A stretch of DNA of 64,000 nucleotides, from NCBI GenBank assembly GCA_963924565.1, contig OZ004612.1:26350001-26414000 (forward strand). Direction: 5' to 3'. Positions 41,431 to 55,350 of this stretch are shown piece by piece (the first letter of the stretch is position 1; the number at the start of each line of letters is the position of its first letter). The notes under the pieces were generated by a model that had not been told where the DNA came from, did not search any database, and saw nothing but the letters and a program-made list of their open reading frames with translations. This DNA is from Ascidiella aspersa. Lineage: Eukaryota. Position numbers and translations under genes: made by a program.

Positions 41431-44400
41431 TGAAATCTAACCTCACTTATAAAAGATAGGACATAACTGTTATCATTTTTTCCTTTTTATCTGTTTAAAC
41501 AAAAGCGCTTTTCCAAACGTACAAAGTGTTTTTTCGAAAGATTCTAGAAAGCTAAACCACACAGCAATTTCGCATGATCATAATTTAAAATGAGGCAATT
41601 GGAATAATCAAGATCCATTTTTTTTTGCTCGACTGAATCTAAATGATAAAATTTTAATTTCTTGTCACAAAGGAAAGCAAAATATGTGATTTAAATCTTC
41701 ACACTGTACTCTATTATTGGGTTTAAAAATATAAACGTCATCAATAATAAAATGCCAATTTTCAATATTTACATAGGCATGGTTAAAATTGTACAAACTA
41801 ATATCGCAAGTATTTTTCCCGCCTTTGCCAGTCTTTACAGCTATCTGGCCTTTCATGAAAAGTGATCGCTGTCTCCTGTGAGTTTGGAACAGTATAACAG
41901 AAAAACAGTATATGGGCCTATAGGTTGGCTCGTCTTTTGTCGAGAAAGCCAATGCCAATCCACGCCCATGTTTCGCGCATTCTTCATGAAACTTCCTGCC
42001 GTGGAAACAGTGTCACTGCCAAGGGGGCCGCATATGTCGAATGCATAATCCAACACCGTCCTGTTGCCAGCCACAACACGGCAGCGTTGGCAAAAACTTG
42101 TTCGCTTGCGTCATTCGCTTTCCCCACTTCTACTATGATCAACTTAACATGGATACATTCAAGGGGCCCACGCCCCGATTGGGTTGCGGGGTAATTGGAC
42201 CCCGCGTTTAATTACCCCCGATGGGGCAATGACGTAAGGGTTTAAGGGGTATCTCGGTGGGGCATTTTGGGGGCGCCAGTCTGGCCTGAAACACTTGGCT
42301 TTCGAGTTTTCGAATACAAGCGCTGTAGTCTCAACAAGGTTTGTGCAAGAAAACAATCAAGTTTTTGTTCTCGTGGTGAACAGTTAACTTGCGTTGTAAA
42401 CTTTACCCTTCACCTTTTCTGTCCACTTCCTTTACCAGTGAATAAAGTGGCTGTATTGTATTGGCATGCATATAGTTTTTGCTGTCGCTTTGCTGCTTAT
42501 TTAAAGACTTCAAGTAGCCTATTGACAAAATGTTTTAAATTATTTGCCTGAATTTAATTCCTTATCAAAATCGAAATCCGTATAAAATTGTTTATTTCGT
42601 TAACCTTTTAATAAAGTTGATATTTGTAATGGAAATGATAAGTCTGAATTCCTGTAATACAGTATGTGTTTTAAAGCGCAAATTCTACTAAGATATCATT
42701 TTTTTCTTGTTTTATGAAATTCTTGTTTTTAGTAAAAATCACAGCTCATTAAAACAGTGAAATTGAAATATAAAATCAACAAGATAACATAAAAACAAAA
42801 AATAAAGTCGCAAGGAATTGTATTTTCGGTTTAAACATTATTAATATTTCTTGTCAAAACGAATTTTATGTTGAAGTCTCACGCTTTTACGCTATTACAA
42901 ATTGGACCAGTAGATCATCAGAAGCTCTATTATAGCAAAAAATGCCGATTACGGCTTAAGTGTTAGGTACACATCAAAGGAGAAATCAGGGGTCAAGTAT
43001 TTCTTCAAATCCACTGCAATTTCTCGGGTCATTTCCGCTTAGGAAGCCTAACCCCCTTGCACGCAGTTCCGTTTCCACGCCGGAGACTTGATATCCGTCA
43101 GATCTAACCGAAGTGACTTTCCACGGAGTAAGCTTTAGATGGTTTGCAGGAACGAGAGGAGACCGTCATGGGAACTGAAGCTTGGTTTACGTGAGAATCC
43201 CTGGTTCGTTTGCTCTTGTTGTTTATACTTCGCACCACGATCAGCCTTTACTGTTTTACCAACACTTGCCGGGTTGTTTTTTTCGTTAGTGGTTGCAAGG
43301 AATTCGCTTGGATTTCCTTTTAAGCCCTTATACATGTTTTTTGTTGTTTAATTTTTCGACACAATTACAAGACACTTTGGTAGAAAGCTGTGTTTGAATT
43401 GTGTTTTCAGTTGTGAAAGTTTGTGTTGGTGTACTATAGGTCAACATAAAAACATGTTTGCTGTTTTCATTACCGATAAGTTCCCTTGCCGAGTTCACAT
43501 TTGTTTGGTATAACAAGAGCAATCCGGTTTGCAATAATGTTAATGCTACAGGTTCACTGTTTTCCTATGTCTTTGTGGCATTTGTAATATTGAAGGCTTA
43601 TATACGAAATTGATTGTAAAAAAGCTCTTTAAATCAACCCATTTATTTTCTAATCATTATATTGTCTGGGCACGACGAACTTATTATAGCGACACTCAGC
43701 CAGAAAGTTTTGTTTTTTTAATTTTTACTTGGTTTGCTGCGTTTAATATATGTTAGAGTTCTGCGCGATCCCCCTAAAACATGGTAATTTTTGCCTTTTG
43801 CGTGCTCGAAATGCCTGTCAACACCTTTATTGGCACCGACGAAGCTCGGGTATACCGATCCATAGCTTAAACTTCGTATTGCGTATATGTGACTCACAAC
43901 GTTGTCTAGAGTAAATGTGGCGCCTGTGTCAGACAAAATGGCGAAATATGGCAGCGCACGTCAATCATATTTGTGTTTTGCCTTCGCCGTGCTCACATCT
44001 CAAGATGCAAATGACTGTCGCATAGGTTAATCGAGGTCATCATTTTCGTAGACAGCCTTAACTGTGCGTAGGAAGTTTATATATTTTTTACAATGAAGTG
44101 AACTTTCAACAAAAATAATAAACGCCATAATATTTCAAAAAATCGACATTTTTCACTTGGATTTTTACATTGATAATGAAATTTGTAAACAACGAAATGT
44201 CGGTTCGTCAAACACTATATGGCTATATTATGTTTATTAAAATTACCAAGAAAACCCGTGTAATGTGTTCCGACGTGAATTTTTCCCAGCGTTTGTCGTG
44301 TTTGGAAAAAAGTTAAAACTATTTTTACTATTTGTCATTAGAGGTTTCCCATATAAATGCTTTTTAATTTAATTTTCACAACAAACCACAAATGTTGTGT

Positions 44401-45375
44401 GAACAAAACTAATATAAAATCGACAAAAGGTCTAACCTTAAACACCAACAGCGATTTAAAGAAGCAAATAAATTGAAAATGTTCTAATAAATGATAAATT
44501 AGAAAGATAGATTTGATTCGATTTGGCTATTTGGATAAACCATAAATAATCCTACAAAAGTAGCTAAAAAAAGCACGCTTTACACGGAATTGTGAACAGC
44601 ACTTTTGAAAGTCGCCAAAACAAACCATCAGTGATCTTGTAAAAGGCGCAGAAGGACCCTGAGAAAAGTACAACTTGCATAGCATTTTCATTTAGGCCTT
44701 GCAAACCAGCCCTTAAAGAATTAAGCGGGCCACTTAAGCCCGAAACGCGCTGACCGCAAGCGAGCAGAGGCAAAAAGCTCGAAGCAAAACACCAGGACGA
44801 AATTGCTTGTAATCACACACAAGAGGGTCGATCGAGAAACGGGGCGAAAGCTTAAGCGAAGGGCTTGGCGATGGGCGCTCAAGACCCAAAGGCTCGTTAT
44901 GTTTTCTCCAGGCGGCCACGGCAAATGTCAAGGCGATTGGGCATGCGAAACAGCATGTAATTTGCCCGCTGTAAGCGACTCTTGGCTCCCCTACACACAC
45001 ACACATAGGACGTACAGGATGTTGCTGTATTTCCACGGGCGATAATGCATAAGCAGAAAAGAGCGGCGATCAAATCTTGGAGGCCGCGAGATCGCAATCT
45101 CGGCCGAAGCGGGCTTGTACCAAGCGCCCTTATCGCAACTCGCATCGACATAATTCGGCGCAATGCCACGCGTTGGCTCCGGTGCTTGGCCTCTGCTGCC
45201 TCTAACTGACGCTAACTTTACTTATGCCACAGAATACATACACAAAATTGCATGATATCCGTGTGGTCAATTGACTGTACTGGCTTCTTGTTATGTGGTC
45301 AGTTTGAGTTTCCTTTGCCCAACTTTATATTGAGCATTTTCCGTGCATCGTGTTATACTTTGTAATGGGTTAGGC

Positions 45376-45595
45376 TGTGGTCAGTTTAGATGAGTCCAAT
45401 TTACACATGGTCAGTTCACATGTGTCTTTTTTACACGTTGTCAGTTCACATGCGTCTATTTGACACGTGGCCAGTCCATGTGTGTCTATCTGATACGTAA
45501 TCAGTCCACATGTGTCTAATTGACACGAGGTCAGTTTGCTGATATCCAACTTGCTTGCGCCTTGATTGTATGTGTCAAGTTTTCTCATGTTCAAT
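45376..45595. repeat. Degenerate 30-bp minisatellite, ~6-7 copies
   Basis: TGGTCAGTTCACATGTGTCTATTTGACACG-like unit. It produces the 10-aa periodicity seen in minus-strand ORF 45370-45594. Confidence 0.85.
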
Positions 45596-47265
45596 TTAAT
45601 ATAGTTTTATTGTTTCCACTTAAATACAACAAATATTTACTCGTTTAACATTTAAGGCGACATAACGTTAGCAAAATACTTCCAGCAGTTTATTCACTTT
45701 AACTTTTCCACAGCCGAGCAAATTAGGAAGCACTCATATTTCGGAAGATGATTTCTCGTTTCATAATAGCAGTCCCCTTTATCTCCTGACCCGAGTTGTC
45801 CTAAATGTTTGCCCCGCCACCTTGACACACGAAAAAAATGTTCCAAAATTGCGAATAAGGCGAAAAAACGCCAAAAAGTCGGCGCACGTCCGCAGCCGAC
45901 CGCGGACATATACTGTGTCGTTTTCTGGGCGAAATTAAAATTCCTGTGCCACGATAATCGTGCCCTGCATAAGGCGATACGGGCTTACATAGATGGGACA
46001 TGTGATGGGCGCATGAGACAAACAGGGACTTGGTCCGCGATAAGGCGTATTGTGCTATTACACAAACGACTTGGCTTTTTTCGACTTACTGTTTTCGCTG
46101 TTGTTTGCTTTTCTGCAAGCTTTCATTTCACGTTTTCTAGAGCGTCTTTGGATTTGACCAAAATAGGTTCCACAGACATACTCCTTGCACGTTTAATCAA
46201 ACGGTATAGAAATTGTTTACAAGGCATCAAAATTACAAAGACTTATTTTTTTTTTGTGCTAAACAAGAAACATTTACATTTAATTTTAAAAGGTTTGAAA
46301 AAATGTAATTTAAAAATGTAATATTCTTACAATGGATTGCTTTCCTTTTGGGCTGAGTTTTACTCTAATTTTCTCAAAAATAGCGAGTAGTTTTCAAGTT
46401 TAATAAAATGAAGTTTTAATATTATTGTTGTTTTGTTTTTCACAAAACGAGTTCTGTTAAATTGACAACCTTGAAAAATGCTATTTCTTTAGGATTATTT
46501 GAGAATTGCAACAGTCCCTTGAACTTTTTAACGGTCTAGAAACAGATGCTTTCGCATATATCAAATTGTAGCAAGAAACTAAAAAAAGTTTGTTCTTAAC
46601 ACGTTTTTTTTTAAACAAAATAGGAAGAACCTTTTATAGGCACTATGTTTTTGACAAGTATTGTGTGGTATATTAATCATTTTAAGTTTGCGAGTTAATT
46701 TCAGAATTGAGTGAAACGTCGGACTTTTGCTTTCTGATGAGTCGAATCGTCAAGTCAAATATAAACCACTATTTATTTTAGTCCTTAAAAAATGATCAGC
46801 GGTTTGCAAATTTAAACCTTAACGAATAATCAAAACGACCAACGTCTAAAAATCAACGATAGCACCATATATAGGGTCACAAGTCTGTCGCCGCAATTTC
46901 AACTGCTCGCGCTCGACGCGCCAAACGGGAAATTGCGATTTTGGACGGAACTCTAAAACTGTAAATTGGAAAGACTGGCGCTTTGGCCGAGCTGGGGGGA
47001 ATAGGGTCGGGGGACGTAATGGCCGCGTCCGGGCGTCATTATCTTGTCGAATTATGTCGCGGGCGCGCGGCGCGAGAAAATTACGGCGACTAATTTTCGA
47101 CTATGCGCCTCTTTTTTCTCGATGCTGGTGCTGCGGTCTGACTCCGACTGTTGATGTATTCTTGATAAAAAAATATGGTTTTGGTTTCGTATAGCAAAAG
47201 TAACTGTTTTTAGACCAATTCATTTCGATTCTTTTAGATAAAACAAGATGTGTAAATCTCTAAAC

Positions 47266-47555
47266 CAGTGGATCCCAAACTTTTTTTGCTCGCGGCACAC
47301 TAAACAAATCGTAAATATTTTGCTGCACACTTTGAACAGAACAGCAATAGAGTAACTTTACAATCGCCCTTAATCCACGACAAGCTATATGTAAACGTCT
47401 CAATAATATTAACTTGTAATGGGACAGTGCATATTTAAGTCTTTTCTTGCGTGTATGCTATTGGTAATTTCATTAAGCTAAAAGTACAAAAAGCTTCGTG
47501 GCACACTTGGAAATCTATCAAGGCACATTAGTGTGCACAGTTTGGGAAATCACTG
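47266..47555. mobile_element. Non-autonomous hAT-like MITE (CAGTG...CACTG), 290 bp
   Basis: TIRs CAGTGGATCCCAAACT / AGTTTGGGAAATCACTG. Flanks share CTAAAC (left CTCTAAAC, right CTAAAC), a partial TSD. GGCACAC subterminal motifs. Confidence 0.75.
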
Positions 47556-49714
47556 CTAAACCATGTTTGGGATATTCACCTGGCGTAGAGTGTTGTCAAG
47601 TTCCACGCCTGTGATACGACTTACGTGAACTTAAGTCACTGCTTGAAACAGTGAAAGACTTGACCAAACAGTGAAAATACTTTAACTCATTGTGGGCAAA
47701 AATACTTGAATTAACTCATTTGATAAAAAGATTAAAATCATTCAGAGGCGTATTACCACTGTTCTTATTAAATAACTTTTGGTAAGGTGTCTCATTTCCT
47801 CTAATATTGTAGACGTAAAAATACAGTTTCCCCGCTTAATGCTAGTGGGTTGTTAGATGTTATTAAGTCTGCTTTAAAATGTAATGCAATACATGGGAAG
47901 AATCTAGGCATTTTAAACCAAAATTTACAAAGCAAAATACCTGTTTAAATTCCAGAAAAAAATGAAACCATTGGAAGGCCGCCTGACTCGATTCAAAGTA
48001 ATTTCTCAATTGGTTTAGGAGTTTCTGAAACTTATATCCCGACACAGACCACAAAGTGATAAAAATAGGCGATTTCGGTATTTGCCACTATACTTTATCC
48101 GAATAGCCAAGTCGACTAAGTCTATTAAGATATGAGTAACAGAGTTGTAACTGCGCAGATTTGAACTGTAACCCAAGCTTGAGCGGACGCCAATTCGAGA
48201 TAAATGCCATCCCAATAACCTGCCGTTCTCTCCTAAAGTGGTTTTCCAGCAATTTTTTCGCACTATTAGCGGTCATAGATAGAGGATGTTGCTTTCAGCG
48301 ATAAACCGCTTTTTCGCTACTCGATGGCAGTTTATCTTCATTTACGTTGCTTGTGTAAACAACAAAATGTCACCATACATCTCTTGATACTATGAGATTT
48401 CCGATACAACATTTATTCCAATACCTATACCCGATTTTTGGACAAAATATCGTAAAATGATCATATATCAAATGACGTCATTACAATGCTCAAACAATGA
48501 AAAATAGATAAAATTGAGCTTTTAGAGGTAGAACTTTTATTTGGGGATTCGACCAAATTTTGTTTTAACGTAAGAAGTTTAGTTTACCTCAGTTGATAAA
48601 TTCACTTTTCCAGGTAGAATAACTGCGATGGATCGCCAATCAAAGCTGGAATTTTAACAGTATCAGATCGACACCGTTACCTCCTTATAGTAACGAACGA
48701 GTTCTGATACTTATACCAAGTGGATTTGGGTTATAAGACATCGACATACAAGTTTAACTTTTCTTTAATGTATTTTGTATATTACTTATTTAATGTTTTA
48801 TTCGTCCCTTCTAAATGACGTTTTCCGAAACTTTAGCTTTCAAATTTATCTTTTAATTAATTATTTATTATTGGTAACAGTAAATTAACTATCATTATAT
48901 AAACTCAGCCAGCTTCTAAAATGGAGTACGCCACAAATACATAAAAAGATTGTAAGGTAGCCTATAGGCAAAAAATGTGCTTACCGTCATTTTATTAAGC
49001 TTATGCACAAGGCGCATGTTTCTTGTGCATTAGGTTTGGATGTCAAAAAAAAAGATAAGAAACACCATATCCTTTATTCAGTATTATATTGTGTAAAAAA
49101 TACGTTAATGCATTTTTAATATTGGGGTTACCAAATTTGTAGGTTTATTTTAGGAAAGGTTAAAAAACATTCAAAACACTTCGAATGAAATAGTTATATG
49201 TAAGTATCGAAAACGAATTCCCAGCATTACGCATAACAGGAAACTATCATTTAAGAATAAAGCGGAAACGGCCTGTTTACACTTGACCACGGCACTGACC
49301 ACCACTGACCAACGGAAAGGGAAAGGCACGTCAAAACATCGTTCCCCTACCTTCATACACGCGCCAACGTACAGGAACCAGTGTTGCAATTAGCACCTGT
49401 TCACTGTCCCGGGACTCTGTGATTCACGCGCCTCTATTACGTCACAGAGGCGACAACAAAGGGCGGCACGCGCGCGACGCGCTGGTCGCGGGGAGACGGA
49501 CTTTGGTTTGATTTGAAAATCGCCCGAAACCGCCTTTGATCTACGACTTCCGATTCCAACGTAGATCGACAAGCAGATAGATAGACGCCAGTAAGAAATT
49601 GACGCCTCTCGTTTGACTTGCTAAATGCTGCTTTGCTATACCTGCGTCGGCGGCGATTATTCGGTAATTCTTTAGGCTTATTTATGCGTTGTTAATTTTT
49701 TTTTTGGTTATCTG

Positions 49715-50235
49715 CAGTTTTGTAAATAAGTCATTTTTAAATAACCTAAGTCCCAGCCAAGTCATTTCTTAAAAGAACTTAAATCTAAGTCATTTGTTAA
49801 ATAACTTAATTTAAAGTCCATTCGTTTGTAAAATAACTTAAGTCCAAGTCAATTCATTTGCTAAATAACTTAATTTAAAGTCAATTCGTTTGTAAAATAA
49901 CTTAAGTCCAAGTCAATTTGTTTGTAAAACAACTTAAGTTCAAGTCGAGAGTTTTTGAATAAATGACAAGTCAAGTCCAAGTCGAGTCAAAATTAGAGCA
50001 AGTTAATTTCTAGTCAAGTCCTTTTTTTACTAAATTAAATTTTGAACTATTAAATTGGTAGCTCGTCTAATTAAGCAATAACTCGAATACAAAACAACAA
50101 AGACGCAACATTTAGAAATAAAATTGTTGTTTTTTGTGAAAAAAAACGATAAATAACCTATAATTTAAAAAAATCTGAAAAAAAAAAAAAAAATCTTAGT
50201 CGAGTCAAGTAATTTTGCCCAAAATACTTAAGTAA
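49715..50235 (-). mobile_element. Family C element with internal ~30/64-bp tandem expansion
   Basis: AAATAACTTAA-(TTTAAAGTC/GTCCAAGTC) units repeated 6-7 times over 49738-49945. Confidence 0.65.
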
Positions 50236-50627
50236 AGACATTTATTTGGTATGTATTCTATGGTATACGCTTCAATGGCCCGAAATATTATTTTTACAGA
50301 CAGCTGAGATTGACCTTTTTCTTATAGGCAACCTTAGGAAAGTATTTTTTAATTTATTTTTATTTATATCAGTATTCTTTTCAAAGATATCGACTTGATT
50401 TTGTCTGGTTTTGGCTTGTGACATGACAACTGACAGGAGAATCATGGACTTGGGTGATAAGAATCATAATTTTTAAACTGCCACCGTTTATGACGCGACG
50501 TCAATGCTGACTAATTCTACTGGATATCTGGAATTTCATTCTGACGCTTTACCGTGCGTCATAAAAGCAATATTTTGCAAAATCTTCGGGGTCGGTCAAC
50601 CCGTTTATATTTCACTACCGTATGGCA

Positions 50628-51114
50628 CAGGGGTGGCCTACCAGTCAGATACCAAGAACCGCATTTTTTACTTGGTTAACCGCAAAGAACCACACCTTAT
50701 ACACACATGGAAAGAAAAAACAAATAGCCTATCATTTCATTTCTTGCTTACTTCCACAAAGCAATCGCACGAAGCGCGAAAAATAGTGCCATTATTTGGT
50801 TAAATAGACAAAATTTTAATTTATATGGAGACGCGGCGCATTGGATGAACAAGATGTATATGTTTCGATATAATGGCATTTATCAATATTATTTGGGCAT
50901 ACATTTTGCATTTATCATGTTTCAAAAGTGTTACTAATAATATTATGGCATGGCAGAGTCGGAACCGGAGGTAATCCATACCTTAACCAAATTAAATTGA
51001 TACACTCTAAATAAAATCTATAAAAACAACATAAGTGCAACATGAACGTAAAAGCCGCATATAACTCGGTAAAGAGCCGCATGCGGCTCGCGAGTCGCGT
51101 GTTGGCCACCCCTG
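50628..51114. mobile_element. Non-autonomous hAT-like MITE, 487 bp
   Basis: TIRs CAGGGGTGGCCTA / TTGGCCACCCCTG (12/13 match) and subterminal palindrome GAGCCGCATGCGGCTC. TSD not preserved. Confidence 0.8.
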
Positions 51115-52010
51115 TTATATAGTATAACAAATCTTGAATGGAAAATTAAAGAAAATTATAAAATAAAAGTGCATTGACACAACTGTTTCTGGGCCAGTTG
51201 AGGTGATTCAGGTTATATTAGTTACAGGTTGTTATGGGGATCCACTTAAATCCGACAGATTTATGGTTAAAAAGTATTTTTTTCGTAAATATTCCTTTGC
51301 AGTTAAAAAAGCGACGATGCCGGGTAGGGCAATACAAAACTAAATAGAATGCAAGATTATTTAAAAAATCGATTTTTTTTAATATTTGTTTGGGGTAAAA
51401 CGAGAGGAAGAGATTAAAGCAAAGTCGGTCTCTTAAAAGAGAAAAAATATGAAATAAAAGAAAGAAAACCTTTCACATTAAACAAAAAATCCCTTTAGAA
51501 AACAAAAAACTCTAAAACATTGATGAAACCGAAATGAAAACCGTTCCAAAGTTGCCTCGCCACCCAAACTAAATATTTCCACCCAACGGAACCCGGAACA
51601 TTTCGCATTACGTAATACGCCAAGGCAGGAAATGCACTAGGGCAGGGTGCGGCACCTGCACATAGTATCAGCATTACAGACTGAATGTAAGCAAACCGAC
51701 CGTATTCGCGGTTCGCCTCAGTCCGGTGCAAATTTGAAACTTAGAAGCGCGCCCAAAACCGGCGCAAACCGGATAAGGCGGGTTTCGGAACGGCCTGTTT
51801 GCGGGCATGACCGGTGTCGGTTTCATACAGTCGCTTCTGCTGTAAACAAGGGTTGTCTTTTATTGCAAGTTAGGAACGATTAAAGAAGCATGGCTTTTGA
51901 ACTCGCCTTTTTTTCGGGTAAGGCAATACGGTGCTGGGTTGCCTGCATGGGGCGTCCTGTGTAAGCTAGCTGTTTACGCTTTCAACACCGAGCCCGGCCC
52001 CCAGTCATGC

Positions 52011-52567
52011 AGTCATTGTTGCAATGAATTAAGTCACTGTTTTCGAATGACTGAACTTGGCTGAAGTATTTCTATCAAAACAACTTGACTAGACTTGAGG
52101 CTTTTGATCTAAATGCCTTAACTTGACTTAATTTTTTTGATCAAAATGACTTGACTTGAATTGACTTACGTCTTTTAGACAACATGACTTGATTTAAGTA
52201 TTTTGGACAAACGACTTGACTTAGAACTAAGTCATTGTGTGAAACAACGTGGGTTGAAATCAAGTGTTTTCACAATAAAAAATACTTTTATCTCAACTTG
52301 TTTACGCAAATTAATATACCTGATGTTGCGTATTTGTTATTTTTTAGTTATGCCCATACCCAAGAGAGTTTACTTATTTTAATAGTTTAACATTTTATAT
52401 ATTTTTTCTTTTTTTGTGGCAATGATTTGCATTGAATTTAACTTGTTCTAAATTTCACTTGACTTGGGCAATTGTTGATTAGGACTGGGACTTGACTTGG
52501 ACAAGTTAATTTGTACTTTACGATACTAGGACTTAAATCATTTCAACATGACTTGTTCATAACACTG
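52011..52567 (+). mobile_element. Family C interspersed element (GACTT/AAGTC pentamer-rich, CAGTGTT/AACACTG end)
   Basis: Dense ATGACTTGACTT motifs. Ends GACTTGTTCATAACACTG. Same layout as copies at 4861-5088, 15767-16150 and 59234-59556. Confidence 0.7.
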
Positions 52568-53232
52568 CTGCGTAGCTAAAAAAGCAAAAACGGTATGTGA
52601 TTAACACCATTAGCATCCGTTGTTTTGGCTTCGTGCTTTGTCCAAGGCTCGAGCAATTATACTTACTTTCTCATGAGAATCGTGCACTTTTTCATTTAAC
52701 GAAACCCGCAATTAATCACCTTGTTTTGCCCTTGTCTTGCATTTGAATGCGTCAGAACGTTCTTAAGCAGATCCCTCCGCATATGATTCGGTAATTGATA
52801 CAGCCTAATTGCTGCTCGGTATGCAACGTATTTCAGTGAGTTGACCTTAGTAAAGTATCAGCCATATAGCTTGGGTTTGTGTTTTAATTATTAACTGCCA
52901 ATGACTGAACCTCATATGAAAGGCTGCCTAAAATACACAAAGCCAAATGCATCACTCTTCGAGATTTTGCTATCGCAATAACAAATTAGCCCGCATGGCC
53001 TACAGCTTGTGGTAATTTTAAGCGTAATCCTGTTTCAGAGCCTGCTGGTATCTAATTATGGAATAGACAAACGACTGCGCTCGGCAGTTGAGCGTTCACA
53101 CCTTTGCAAACACGCCAGTCTATAGGTTAATTTTAAAGGTAAATTTCGTTGCACTTTGCCCAACTGTATACATTTTATTCCACAACAGCCAGTGCTGGTT
53201 GTGCAGTGACGCGGTAAATCTTGAACTAACAG

Positions 53233-53670
53233 CAGTGTTGTAAACACGTCATCTTGAAATGACTTAAGTCCCAGTCAAGTTATTTGTGAAATATTATAAG
53301 TCCAAGTCAAGTCTTTTCAAAAAATTAAAAGTCAATTGCCAGTCCAGGACATCAGTTGCCCAAGTCAAGTCCAGTAAAGTCATTATTAGAGCAAGTCCCC
53401 TTCACGCCAAACCATAATATTAAATAAAAACGTTGTACGTGCAAACCTTGAAATAAATAGCTCAATTTTGTAAGAAAAATTAACACAAACACTTAATGTT
53501 ATCCAAGTCGTTTGATTTAAACAATTAGGTCCAAGTCAAGTCATTTATCCAAAGCGTAAAGTCAAGTAAGTCATTAAAACAAAACGACCTAAGTCCCGTC
53601 AAGCCACTTAAAAACACTATCTTAAGTGCAATTATGTCCAGTCAATAAGTTAAGTCCTTACAAGACTCAT
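53233..53670 (-). mobile_element. Family C element, inverted copy
   Basis: Starts CAGTGTTGTAAACACGTCAT with dense AAGTCAAGTC motifs. Reverse-complement layout of 52011-52567. Confidence 0.7.
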
Positions 53671-54504
53671 AAACGGTGTGTTTTTGTCGCTACAAACAAA
53701 GCAAAACAAGTACTCTGTGCAGCTGGGGTTAGTCTTTGATCACGAAACACACAGGCAGCGCCCTTAATCCAAGCAAATGGCAACACGCAGCCAAAACCGG
53801 TTGCAGCTTCCCACTTTAAAAAGGGGGCTAAGTCCCATGGGGCAAGTTCACCCCGGAGTACACGAACCCAAAAGACTGCCTTCGATCGCTATTTGAAGAC
53901 CTCGTTTGAAGTAAATCATAGAGGCGCCGCAAAACCTACTTTGCTTAAGAAGACTTACGCTAGTCAGAAAAGCAAAATTATTTCGTTTTGTTGAGTTAAG
54001 AATAGTCTAATGCAAATAGGCCTCGTTTTTTGTCCAGTTTGACTGTTTTTACCCCAACGTACGTTGAAGACAGCCAAATGGTTTGCGGTTGCAAGGAGGT
54101 TGCCAAAGCGGCCACGGTTTGTTTGCCGGTCCCCGAAACCCGACGCCATTTGGCCGGGCGCAAAACCCTTTTTTCCGGACCGCGCGTTTGCCTGCAAATA
54201 ATTCACTTCTGACAGATGTAACCTTTGTAATTGCGCCGGGGGGAAAAAAACTCTCAGGCGCTTAGCCAGCATGTCTTTGCTTTGCGAGATTGGCTTGCAA
54301 GTTTCGGCCGCCTATACGTCATCCACTGGTGGTGAGCATGTTTACAAACCGTAATGCGTTGAAGGGTCTAATTATCGGTGTCTGCGAAATTTCACTTGAA
54401 GCAAAGAGTTCGTTGGAGGATTTTCCAACTGACGTCGAACAAATCCGTTTTGTAAATACGCTAAGAAAACTAATTACGTTGTTTGTCCGTTTTAGTACTC
54501 GCAT

Positions 54505-55350
54505 TGTGTTTTTATGTGGTTTGTATTGTTTTGTTTGGGTGATTGTTTGTGGGTTTGTGTGATTGTTTGTGCGTGTTTGCGTTTGTGCGTTTGTGTTGTT
54601 TTATTTGTGCGTTTGTGCGTTTGTGTGTTTGTGTGTTTGTGTGTTTGTGTTTTGGTGCGGTTGTGCTTTTATGCGTTTGTGCGTGTGCGAGTGTGTGTTT
54701 GTGTGTGTTTGCGGTTGTGCGTTTGTAGGTTTTTGGGTTTGTACGGTTGTGCGTTTGTGTTGTTTTATTTGTGTNNNNNNNNNNNNNNNNNNNNNNNNNN
54801 NNNNNNNNNNNNNNNNNNNNNNNNNNNNNNNNNNNNNNNNNNNNNNNNNNNNNNNNNNNNNNNNNNNNNNNNNNNNNNNNNNNNNNNNNNNNNNNNNNNN
54901 NNNNNNNNNNNNNNNNNNNNNNNNNNNNNNNNNNNNNNNNNNNNNNNNNNNNNNNNNNNNNNNNNNNNNNNNNNNNNNNNNNNNNNNNNNNNNNNNNNNN
55001 NNNNNNNNNNNNNNNNNNNNNNNNNNNNNNNNNNNNNNNNNNNNNNNNNNNNNNNNNNNNNNNNNNNNNNNNNNNNNNNNNNNNNNNNNNNNNNNNNNNN
55101 NNNNNNNNNNNNNNNNNNNNNNGTGCTTTTATGCGTTTGTGCGTGTGCGAGTGTGTGTTTGTGTGTGTTTGCGGTTGTGCGTTTGTGGGTTTGTACGGTT
55201 GTGCGTTTTTGTTGTTTTATTTGTACGTTTGTGTGACTGAGTTGTTCGCTTAGTGAATTTATACATTAGTGTTTCTCAGCGGTTTTCTCGTAGTGTCTAT
55301 ATGTTTGCTTGTCTGCTTGTTTGTTTGTTTGTTTGTTTGTTTGTTTGTGC
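54505..55350. repeat. GT-rich (TTTG/TGTG/TGCG) low-complexity tandem array spanning an assembly gap
   Basis: Nearly A-free T/G sequence. The block GTGCTTTTATGCGTTTGTGCGTGTGCGAGTG occurs on both sides of the gap. Confidence 0.9.
54775..55122. other. Assembly gap (348 N)
   Basis: Run of N. Confidence 1.

Noticed and set aside
54514-55253. Long Cys/Val-rich ORFs
   Set aside because: Artefacts of the GT-rich repeat and N gap.
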